From positions 14,942,001 to 15,006,000 of the forward strand of contig OZ024742.1 in assembly GCA_964016885.1 (NCBI GenBank): a stretch of 64,000 nucleotides of DNA, read 5' to 3'. This document shows, piece by piece, positions 49,101-61,100 of the stretch. Both the position numbers and the translations under genes were made by a program. The notes beneath the pieces are model-generated. The model saw nothing but the letters and a program-made list of their open reading frames with translations, did no database searches and had not been told where the DNA came from. Position 1 is the stretch's first letter, and each line of letters opens with the position of its first letter. Origin of the DNA: Eledone cirrhosa. Its lineage: Eukaryota.

Positions 49101-52100
49101 GAGCTCGTCAGTGACTTTAGCGCTGGTCAGTGACTTTACTAGAGCTGGTCAGTGACTTTACTAGAGGTGGTCAGACTTTACTAGAGCTGGTCAGTGACTT
49201 TACTAGAGCTGGTCAGTGACTTTACTAGAGCTGGTCAGTGACTTTACTAGAGGTTATCATTGACTTTACTAGAGCTGGTCAGTTACTTTACTAGAGCTGG
49301 TCAGTGACTTTACTAGAGCTTGTCTGACTTTACTAGAGCTGGTCACTGACTTTACTAGAGGTGGTCAGAGACTTTACTAGGCTGGTCAGTGACTTTACTA
49401 GAGCTAGTCAGTGACTTTACTAGAGGTTGTCAGACTTTACTAGAGGTTGTCAGTGACTTTACTAGAGCTGGTCAGTGACTTTACTAGAACTGGTCAGAGA
49501 CTTTACTAGAGGTTGTCAGTGACTTTACTAGAGCTGGTCAGTGACTTTACTAGAGCTGGTCAGTGAAATACTAGAGGTGGTCAGTGACTTTACTAGAGCT
49601 GGTCAGTGACTTTACTAGAGCTGGTCAGTGACTTTACTAGAGCTGGTCAGTGACTTTACTAGAGCTTGTCTGACTTTACTAGAGCTGGTCACTGACTTTA
49701 CTAGAGGTGGTCAGAGACTTTACTAGGCTGGTCAGTGACTTTACTAGAACTAGTCAGTGACTTTACTAGAGGTTGTCAGTGACTTTACTAGAGCTCGTCA
49801 GTGACTTTACTAGAGGTGGTCAGTGACTTTACTAGAGGTGGTCAGACATTACTAGAGCTGGTCAGTGTCTTGATTAGAGGTTGTCAGACTACTAGAGGTG
49901 ATCAGTGACTTTACTAGAGCTGGTCAGAGACATTACTAGAGGTGGTTAGTGACTTTACTAGAGGTCGTCTATCTTTACTAGATGTAAGTGACTTCACTAG
50001 AGGTGGTCAGAGTTTACTACAGCTGGTCAGTGACTTTACTACAGCTGGTCAGTGACTTTACTAGAGCTGGTCAGTGACTTTACTAGAGGTGGTCAGTGAC
50101 TTTACTAGAGGTGGTCAGAGACATTACTAGAGCTGGTCAGTGACTTTACTAGAGGTGGTCAGAGACTTTACTAGAGGTCAGTGACTTTACTAGAGTTGGT
50201 CAGAGACATTACTAGAGCTGGTCAGTGACTTTACTAGAGGTTGTCAGAGACTTTACTAGAGGTGATCAGTGACTTTACTAGAGCTGGTCAGTGACTTTAC
50301 TACAGGTGGTCAGTGACTTTACTAGAGGTGGTCAGACTTTATTAGAGCTGGTCAGTGACTTTACTAGAGGTGGTCAGACTTCACTAGAGATGGACAGTGA
50401 CTTACTAGAGCTGGTTAGTGACTTGACTAGAGGTGGTCAGACTTTACTAGAGGAGGTCAGTGACTTTACTAGAGCTGGTCAGTGACTTTACTAGAGCTGG
50501 TCAGTGACTTTACTAGAGCTGGTCAGTGACTTTACTAGAGCTGGTCAGTGACTTTACTAGAGGTGGTCAGAGACTTTACTAGAGGTCGTCAGTGACTTTA
50601 TTAGAGCTGGTCAGTGACTTTATTAGAGCTGGTCAGTGACTTTACTAGAGCTGGTGAGTGACTTTACTAGAGCTGGTCAGTGACTTTACTAGAGGTGGTC
50701 AGAGACTTTACTAGAGGTCGTCAGTGACTTTACTAGAGCTGGTCAGAGACCTTACTAGAGGTTGTCAGAGACTTTACTAGAGGTTGTCAGAGACTTTACT
50801 AGAGCTGGTCAGTGACTTTACTAGAGCTGGTCAGACTTTACTAGAGCTCTTCAGTGACTTTACTAGAGGTGGTCAGAGACTTTACTAGGGCTGGTCAGTG
50901 ACTTTGCTAGAGCTAGTCAGTGACTTTACTAGTGCTGGTCAGTGACTTTACTAGAGCTGGTCAGTGACTTTACTAGAGCTGGTCAGAGACTTTACTAGAG
51001 CTCGTCAGTGACTTTACTAGAGGTGGTCAGAGACTTTACTAGGGCTGGTCAGTGACTTTACTAGAGCTAGTCAGTGACTTTACTAGAGGTGGTCAGACTT
51101 TACTAGAGGTTGCCAATGACTTTACTAGAGGTCGTCAGTGACTTTACTAGAGCTGGTCAGTGACTTTACTAGGTGGTCAGTGACTTTACTAGAGGTGGTC
51201 AGAGACATTACTAGAGCTGGTCAGTGACTTGACTAGAGGTTGTCAAAGACTTTACTAGAGCTGGTCAGTGACTTTACTAGAGCTGGTCAGTGACTTTACT
51301 AGAGGTGGTCAGACTTTACTAGAGGTTGTCAGTGACTTTACTAGTGCTGGTCAGTGACTTTACTAGAGGTCGTTAGTGACTTTATTAGAGCTGGTCAGTG
51401 ACTTCACTAGAGCTGGTCAGTGATTTTACTGGAGCTGGTCAGAGACTTTACTAGAGCTGGTCAGTGACTTTACTAGAGCTGGTCAGTGACTTTACTAGAG
51501 CTGGTCAGAGACTTTACTAGTGCTCGTCAGTGACTTTACTAGAGGTGGTCAGAGACTTTACTAGAGGTCAGTGACTTTACTAGAGTTGGTCAGAGACTTT
51601 ACTAGAGGTTGTGAGTGACTTTACTAGAGCTCGTCAGTGACTTTAGCGCTGGTCAGTGACTTTACTAGAGCTGGTCAGTGACTTTACTAGAGGTGGTCAG
51701 ACTTTACTAGAGCTGGTCAGTGACTTTACTAGAGCTGGTCAGTGACTTTACTAGAGCTGGTCAGTGACTTTACTAGAGGTTATCATTGACTTTACTAGAG
51801 CTGGTCAGTTACTTTACTAGAGCTGGTCAGTGACTTTACTAGAGCTTGTCTGACTTTACTAGAGCTGGTCACTGACTTTACTAGAGGTGGTCAGAGACTT
51901 TACTAGGCTGGTCAGTGACTTTACTAGAGCTAGTCAGTGACTTTACTAGAGGTTGTCAGACTTTACTAGAGGTTGTCAGTGACTTTACTAGAGCTGGTCA
52001 GTGACTTTACTAGAACTGGTCAGAGACTTTACTAGAGGTTGTCAGTGACTTTACTAGAGCTGGTCAGTGACTTTACTAGAGCTGGTCAGTGAAATACTAG

Positions 52101-55100
52101 AGGTGGTCAGTGACTTTACTAGAGCTGGTCAGTGACTTTACTAGAGCTGGTCAGTGACTTTACTAGAGCTGGTCAGTGACTTTACTAGAGCTTGTCTGAC
52201 TTTACTAGAGCTGGTCACTGACTTTACTAGAGGTGGTCAGAGACTTTACTAGGCTGGTCAGTGACTTTACTAGAACTAGTCAGTGACTTTACTAGAGGTG
52301 GTCAGACTTTACTAGAGGTTGTCAGTGACTTTACTAGAGCTCGTCAGTGACTTTACTAGAGGTGGTCAGTGACTTTACTAGAGGTGGTCAGAGACATTAC
52401 TAGAGCTGGTCAGTGTCTTGATTAGAGGTTGTCAGACTACTAGAGGTGATCAGTGACTTTACTAGAGCTGGTCAGAGACATTACTAGAGGTGGTTAGTGA
52501 CTTTACTAGAGGTCGTCTATCTTTACTAGATGTAAGTGACTTCACTAGAGGTGGTCAGAGTTTACTACAGCTGGTCAGTGACTTTACTACAGCTGGTCAG
52601 TGACTTTACTAGAGCTGGTCAGTGACTTTACTAGAGGTGGTCAGTGACTTTACTAGAGGTGGTCAGAGACATTACTAGAGCTGGTCAGTGACTTTACTAG
52701 AGGTGGTCAGAGACTTTACTAGAGGTCAGTGACTTTACTAGAGTTGGTCAGAGACATTACTAGAGCTGGTCAGTGACTTTACTAGAGGTTGTCAGAGACT
52801 TTACTAGAGGTGATCAGTGACTTTACTAGAGCTGGTCAGTGACTTTACTACAGGTGGTCAGTGACTTTACTAGAGGTGGTCAGACTTTATTAGAGCTGGT
52901 CAGTGACTTTACTAGAGGTGGTCAGACTTCACTAGAGATGGACAGTGACTTACTAGAGCTGGTTAGTGACTTGACTAGAGGTGGTCAGACTTTACTAGAG
53001 GAGGTCAGTGACTTTACTAGAGCTGGTCAGTGACTTTACTAGAGCTGGTCAGTGACTTTACTAGAGCTGGTCAGTGACTTTACTAGAGCTGGTCAGTGAC
53101 TTTACTAGAGGTGGTCAGAGACTTTACTAGAGGTCGTCAGTGACTTTATTAGAGCTGGTCAGTGACTTTATTAGAGCTGGTCAGTGACTTTACTAGAGCT
53201 GGTGAGTGACTTTACTAGAGCTGGTCAGTGACTTTACTAGAGGTGGTCAGAGACTTTACTAGAGGTCGTCAGTGACTTTACTAGAGCTGGTCAGAGACCT
53301 TACTAGAGGTTGTCAGAGACTTTACTAGAGGTTGTCAGAGACTTTACTAGAGCTGGTCAGTGACTTTACTAGAGCTGGTCAGACTTTACTAGAGCTCTTC
53401 AGTGACTTTACTAGAGGTGGTCAGAGACTTTACTAGGGCTGGTCAGTGACTTTGCTAGAGCTAGTCAGTGACTTTACTAGTGCTGGTCAGTGACTTTACT
53501 AGAGCTGGTCAGTGACTTTACTAGAGCTGGTCAGAGACTTTACTAGAGCTCGTCAGTGACTTTACTAGAGGTGGTCAGAGACTTTACTAGGGCTGGTCAG
53601 TGACTTTACTAGAGCTAGTCAGTGACTTTACTAGAGGTGGTCAGACTTTACTAGAGGTTGCCAATGACTTTACTAGAGGTCGTCAGTGACTTTACTAGAG
53701 CTGGTCAGTGACTTTACTAGGTGGTCAGTGACTTTACTAGAGGTGGTCAGAGACATTACTAGAGCTGGTCAGTGACTTGACTAGAGGTTGTCAAAGACTT
53801 TACTAGAGCTGGTCAGTGACTTTACTAGAGCTGGTCAGTGACTTTACTAGAGGTGGTCAGACTTTACTAGAGGTTGTCAGTGACTTTACTAGTGCTGGTC
53901 AGTGACTTTACTAGAGGTCGTTAGTGACTTTATTAGAGCTGGTCAGTGACTTCACTAGAGCTGGTCAGTGATTTTACTGGAGCTGGTCAGAGACTTTACT
54001 AGAGCTGGTCAGTGACTTTACTAGAGCTGGTCAGTGACTTTACTAGAGCTGGTCAGAGACTTTACTAGTGCTCGTCAGTGACTTTACTAGAGGTGGTCAG
54101 AGACTTTACTAGAGGTCAGTGACTTTACTAGAGTTGGTCAGAGACTTTACTAGAGGTTGTGAGTGACTTTACTAGAGCTCGTCAGTGACTTTAGCGCTTG
54201 TCAGTGACTTTACTAGAGCTGGTCAGTGACTTTACTAGAGGTGGTCAGACTTTACTAGAGCTGGTCAGTGACTTTACTAGAGCTGGTCAGTGACTTTACT
54301 AGAGCTGGTCAGTGACTTTACTAGAGGTTATCATTGACTTTACTAGAGCTGGTCAGTTACTTTACTAGAGCTGGTCAGTGACTTTACTAGAGCTTGTCTG
54401 ACTTTACTAGAGCTGGTCACTGACTTTACTAGAGGTGGTCAGAGACTTTACTAGGCTGGTCAGTGACTTTACTAGAGCTAGTCAGTGACTTTACTAGAGG
54501 TTGTCAGACTTTACTAGAGGTTGTCAGTGACTTTACTAGAGCTGGTCAGTGACTTTACTAGAACTGGTCAGAGACTTTACTAGAGGTTGTCAGTGACTTT
54601 ACTAGAGCTGGTCAGTGACTTTACTAGAGCTGGTCAGTGAAATACTAGAGGTGGTCAGTGACTTTACTAGAGCTGGTCAGTGACTTTACTAGAGCTGGTC
54701 AGTGACTTTACTAGAGCTGGTCAGTGACTTTACTAGAGCTTGTCTGACTTTACTAGAGCTGGTCACTGACTTTACTAGAGGTGGTCAGAGACTTTACTAG
54801 GCTGGTCAGTGACTTTACTAGAACTAGTCAGTGACTTTACTAGAGGTGGTCAGACTTTACTAGAGGTTGTCAGTGACTTTACTAGAGCTCGTCAGTGACT
54901 TTACTAGAGGTGGTCAGTGACTTTACTAGAGGTGGTCAGAGACATTACTAGAGCTGGTCAGTGTCTTGATTAGAGGTTGTCAGACTACTAGAGGTGATCA
55001 GTGACTTTACTAGAGCTGGTCAGAGACATTACTAGAGGTGGTTAGTGACTTTACTAGAGGTCGTCTATCTTTACTAGATGTAAGTGACTTCACTAGAGGT

Positions 55101-58100
55101 GGTCAGAGAGTTTACTACAGCTGGTCAGTGACTTTACTACAGCTGGTCAGTGACTTTACTAGAGCTGGTCAGTGACTTTACTAGAGGTGGTCAGTGACTT
55201 TACTAGAGGTGGTCAGAGACATTACTAGAGCTGGTCAGTGACTTTACTAGAGGTGGTCAGAGACTTTACTAGAGGTCAGTGACTTTACTAGAGTTGGTCA
55301 GAGACATTACTAGAGCTGGTCAGTGACTTTACTAGAGGTTGTCAGAGACTTTACTAGAGGTGATCAGTGACTTTACTAGAGCTGGTCAGTGACTTTACTA
55401 CAGGTGATCAGTGACTTTACTAGAGGTGGTCAGACTTTATTAGAGCTGGTCAGTGACTTTACTAGAGGTGGTCAGACTTCACTAGAGATGGACAGTGACT
55501 TACTAGAGCTGGTTAGTGACTTGACTAGAGGTGGTCAGACTTTACTAGAGGAGGTCAGTGACTTTACTAGAGCTGGTCAGTGACTTTACTAGAGCTGGTC
55601 AGTGACTTTACTAGAGCTGGTCAGTGACTTTACTAGAGCTGGTCAGTGACTTTACTAGAGGTGGTCAGAGACTTTACTAGAGGTCGTCAGTGACTTTATT
55701 AGAGCTGGTCAGTGACTTTATTAGAGCTGGTCAGTGACTTTACTAGAGCTGGTGAGTGACTTTACTAGAGCTGGTCAGTGACTTTACTAGAGGTGGTCAG
55801 AGACTTTACTAGAGGTCGTCAGTGACTTTACTAGAGCTGGTCAGAGACCTTACTAGAGGTTGTCAGAGACTTTACTAGAGGTTGTCAGAGACTTTACTAG
55901 AGCTGGTCAGTGACTTTACTAGAGCTGGTCAGACTTTACTAGAGCTCTTCAGTGACTTTACTAGAGGTGGTCAGAGACTTTACTAGGGCTGGTCAGTGAC
56001 TTTGCTAGAGCTAGTCAGTGACTTTACTAGTGCTGGTCAGTGACTTTACTAGAGCTGGTCAGTGACTTTACTAGAGCTGGTCAGAGACTTTACTAGAGCT
56101 CGTCAGTGACTTTACTAGAGGTGGTCAGAGACTTTACTAGGGCTGGTCAGTGACTTTACTAGAGCTAGTCAGTGACTTTACTAGAGGTGGTCAGACTTTA
56201 CTAGAGGTTGCCAATGACTTTACTAGAGGTCGTCAGTGACTTTACTAGAGCTGGTCAGTGACTTTACTAGGTGGTCAGTGACTTTACTAGAGGTGGTCAG
56301 AGACATTACTAGAGCTGGTCAGTGACTTGACTAGAGGTTGTCAAAGACTTTACTAGAGCTGGTCAGTGACTTTACTAGAGCTGGTCAGTGACTTTACTAG
56401 AGGTGGTCAGACTTTACTAGAGGTTGTCAGTGACTTTACTAGTGCTGGTCAGTGACTTTACTAGAGGTCGTTAGTGACTTTATTAGAGCTGGTCAGTGAC
56501 TTCACTAGAGCTGGTCAGTGATTTTACTGGAGCTGGTCAGAGAGTTTACTAGAGCTGGTCAGTGACTTTACTAGAGCTGGTCAGTGACTTTACTAGAGCT
56601 GGTCAGAGACTTTACTAGTGCTCGTCAGTGACTTTACTAGAGGTGGTCAGAGACTTTACTAGAGCTGGTCAGAGACTTTACTAGAGCTGGTCAGAGACTT
56701 TACTAGGGCTCGTCAGTGACTTTACTAGAGGTGGTCAGAGACTTTACTAGTGCTGGTCAGTGACTTTACTAGAGCTAGTCAGTGACTTTACTAGAGGTGG
56801 TCAGTCTGTACAAGAGGTCGTCAGTGACTTTACTGGAGCTGGTCAGTGACTTTACTAGAGGTGGTCAGTGACTTTACTAGAGGTGGTCAGACATTACTAG
56901 AGTTGGTCAGTGACTTTACTAGAGGTGGTCAGAGACTTTACTAGAGGTCAGTGACTTTACTAGAGTTGGTCAGAGACTTTACTAGAGGTGGTCAGAGACT
57001 TTACCAGAGCTGGTCAGTGACTTTACTAGAGCTGGTCAGTGACTTTACTAGAGCTGGTCAGAGACTTTACTAGAGGTTATCAGTGACTTTACTAGAGCTG
57101 GTCAGTGACTTTACTAGAGCTGGTCAGTGACTTTACTAGAGGTGGTCAGAGACTTTACTAGAGCTCGTCAGTGACTTTACTAGAGGTGGTCAGTGACTTT
57201 ACTAGAGGTGGTCAGAGACATTACTAGAGCTGGTCAGTGTCTTGATTAGAGGTTGTCAGACTACTAGAGGTGATCAGTGACTTTACTAGAGCTGGTCAGA
57301 GACATTACTAGAGGTGGTTAGTGACTTTACTAGAGGTCGTCTATCTTTACTAGATGTAAGTGACTTCACTAGAGGTGGTCAGAGAGTTTACTACAGCTGG
57401 TCAGTGACTTTACTACAGCTGGTCAGTGACTTTACTAGAGCTGGTCAGTGACTTTACTAGAGGTGGTCAGTGACTTTACTAGAGGTGGTCAGAGACATTA
57501 CTAGAGCTGGTCAGTGACTTTACTAGAGGTGGTCAGAGACTTTACTAGAGGTCAGTGACTTTACTAGAGTTGGTCAGAGACATTACTAGAGCTGGTCAGT
57601 GACTTTACTAGAGGTTGTCAGAGACTTTACTAGAGGTGATCAGTGACTTTACTAGAGCTGGTCAGTGACTTTACTACAGGTGATCAGTGACTTTACTAGA
57701 GGTGGTCAGACTTTATTAGAGCTGGTCAGTGACTTTACTAGAGGTGGTCAGACTTCACTAGAGATGGACAGTGACTTACTAGAGCTGGTTAGTGACTTGA
57801 CTAGAGGTGGTCAGACTTTACTAGAGGAGGTCAGTGACTTTACTAGAGCTGGTCAGTGACTTTACTAGAGCTGGTCAGTGACTTTACTAGAGCTGGTCAG
57901 TGACTTTACTAGAGCTGGTCAGTGACTTTACTAGAGGTGGTCAGAGACTTTACTAGAGGTCGTCAGTGACTTTATTAGAGCTGGTCAGTGACTTTATTAG
58001 AGCTGGTCAGTGACTTTACTAGAGCTGGTGAGTGACTTTACTAGAGCTGGTCAGTGACTTTACTAGAGGTGGTCAGAGACTTTACTAGAGGTCGTCAGTG

Positions 58101-61100
58101 ACTTTACTAGAGCTGGTCAGAGACCTTACTAGAGGTTGTCAGAGACTTTACTAGAGGTTGTCAGAGACTTTACTAGAGCTGGTCAGTGACTTTACTAGAG
58201 CTGGTCAGACTTTACTAGAGCTCTTCAGTGACTTTACTAGAGGTGGTCAGAGACTTTACTAGGGCTGGTCAGTGACTTTGCTAGAGCTAGTCAGTGACTT
58301 TACTAGTGCTGGTCAGTGACTTTACTAGAGCTGGTCAGTGACTTTACTAGAGCTGGTCAGAGACTTTACTAGAGCTCGTCAGTGACTTTACTAGAGGTGG
58401 TCAGAGACTTTACTAGGGCTGGTCAGTGACTTTACTAGAGCTAGTCAGTGACTTTACTAGAGGTGGTCAGACTTTACTAGAGGTTGCCAATGACTTTACT
58501 AGAGGTCGTCAGTGACTTTACTAGAGCTGGTCAGTGACTTTACTAGGTGGTCAGTGACTTTACTAGAGGTGGTCAGAGACATTACTAGAGCTGGTCAGTG
58601 ACTTGACTAGAGGTTGTCAAAGACTTTACTAGAGCTGGTCAGTGACTTTACTAGAGCTGGTCAGTGACTTTACTAGAGGTGGTCAGACTTTACTAGAGGT
58701 TGTCAGTGACTTTACTAGTGCTGGTCAGTGACTTTACTAGAGGTCGTTAGTGACTTTATTAGAGCTGGTCAGTGACTTCACTAGAGCTGGTCAGTGATTT
58801 TACTGGAGCTGGTCAGAGACTTTACTAGAGCTGGTCAGTGACTTTACTAGAGCTGGTCAGTGACTTTACTAGAGCTGGTCAGAGACTTTACTAGTGCTCG
58901 TCAGTGACTTTACTAGAGGTGGTCAGAGACTTTACTAGAGCTGGTCAGAGACTTTACTAGAGCTGGTCAGAGACTTTACTAGGGCTCGTCAGTGACTTTA
59001 CTAGAGGTGGTCAGAGACTTTACTAGTGCTGGTCAGTGACTTTACTAGAGCTAGTCAGTGACTTTACTAGAGGTGGTCAGTCTCTACAAGAGGTCGTCAG
59101 TGACTTTACTGGAGCTGGTCAGTGACTTTACTAGAGGTGGTCAGTGACTTTACTAGAGGTGGTCAGACATTACTAGAGTTGGTCAGTGACTTTACTAGAG
59201 GTGGTCAGAGACTTTACTAGAGGTCAGTGACTTTACTAGAGTTGGTCAGAGACTTTACTAGAGGTGGTCAGAGACTTTACCAGAGCTGGTCAGTGACTTT
59301 ACTAGAGCTGGTCAGTGACTTTACTAGAGCTGGTCAGAGACTTTACTAGAGGTTATCAGTGACTTTACTAGAGCTGGTCAGTGACTTTACTAGAGCTGGT
59401 CAGTGACTTTACTAGAGGTGGTCAGAGACTTTACTAGAGGTGGACTGACTTACTAGAGCTGGTCAGTGACTTTACTAGAGGTGGTCAGACTTAATTAGAG
59501 ATGGTCAGTAACTTTACTAGAGCTGGCCAGTGACTTGACTAGAGGTGGTCAGACTTTACTAGAGGAGGTCAGTGACTTTACTAGAGCTGGTCTGACTTTA
59601 CTAGAGCTGGTCTGACTTTTCTAGAGATGGTCAGAGACTTTACTAGAGTGGTCAGTGACTTTACTAGAGTGGTCAGTGACTTTACTAGAGCTGGTCAGTG
59701 ACTTTACTAGAGCTGGTCTGACTTTACTAGAGCTGGTCAGTGACTTTACTTGAGGTGGTCAGACTTTACTAGTGGTCGTCTGACTTTACTAGATGTAAGT
59801 GACTTTACTAGAGGTGGTCAGAGACTTTACTAGAGGTTGTCAGTGACTTTACTAGAGCTGGTCAGTGACTTTACTAGAGCTGGTCAGTGACTTTACTAGA
59901 GCTGGTGAGTGACTTTACTAGAGCTGTTCAGTGACTTTACTAGAGCTGGTAAGTGACTTTAGAACTGGTCAGTCACTTTACTAGAGCTGGTCAGTGACTT
60001 TACTAGAGGTGGTCAGAGACTTTACTAGAGCTGGTCAGTGACTTTACTAGAGCTGGTCAGTGACTTTACTAGTGCTGGTCAGTGACTTTACTAGAGCTGG
60101 TCAGTGACTTTTCTAGAGGTTGTCAGAGACTTTACTAGAGCTGGTCAGTGACTTTACTAGAGCTGGTCTGACTCTACTAGAGCTGGTCACTGTCTTTACT
60201 AGAGCTGGTCACTGTCTTTACTAGAGGTGGTCAGAGACTTTACTAGGCTGGTCAGTGACTTTACTAGAGATAGTCAGTGACTTTACTAGAGCTGGTCAGA
60301 CTTTACTAGAGGTTGTCAGTGACTTTACTAGAGGTCGTCAGTGACTTTACTAGAGCTGGTCTGACTTTACTAGAGGTGGTCAGAGACTTTACTAGAGGTG
60401 GTCAGTGACTGCTAGAGGTGGTCAAACATTACTATAGCTGGTCAGTGACTTGACTAGAGGTTGTCAGAGACTTTACTAGAGCTGGTCAGTGACTTTACTA
60501 GCGCTGATCAGAGACTTTACTAGAGCTGGTCAGTGACTTTACTAGAGGTGGTCAGAGACTTTACTAGAGCTAGTCAGTGACTTTACTAGAGGTGGTCAGA
60601 CTCTACTAGAGGTCGTCAGTGACTTTACTAGAGCTGGTCTGACTTTACTAGAGGTGGTCAGTGACTTTACTAGAGGTGGTCAGAGACATTACTAGAGCTG
60701 GTCAGTGACTTGACTAGAGGTTTTCAGAGACTTTACTAGAGGTGGTCAGATACTTTACTAGAGGTGATCAGTGACTTTACTAGAGCTGGTCAGTGACTTT
60801 ACTAGAGGTGGTCAGTGACTTTACTAGAGGTGGTCAGACTTTATTAGAGCTGGTCAGTGACTTTACTAGAGGTGGTCAGACTTTACTAGAGATGGACAGT
60901 GACTTACTAGAGCTGGTCAGTGACTTACTAGAGCTGGTCAGTGACTTGACTAGAGGTAGTCAGACTTTACTAGAGGAGGTCAGTGACTTTACTAGAGCTG
61001 GTCTGACTTTACTAGAGCTGGTCAGTGACTTTACTAGAGCTGGTCAGTGACTTTACTAGTGCTGGTCAGTGACTTTACTAGAGCTGGTCAGTGACTTTTC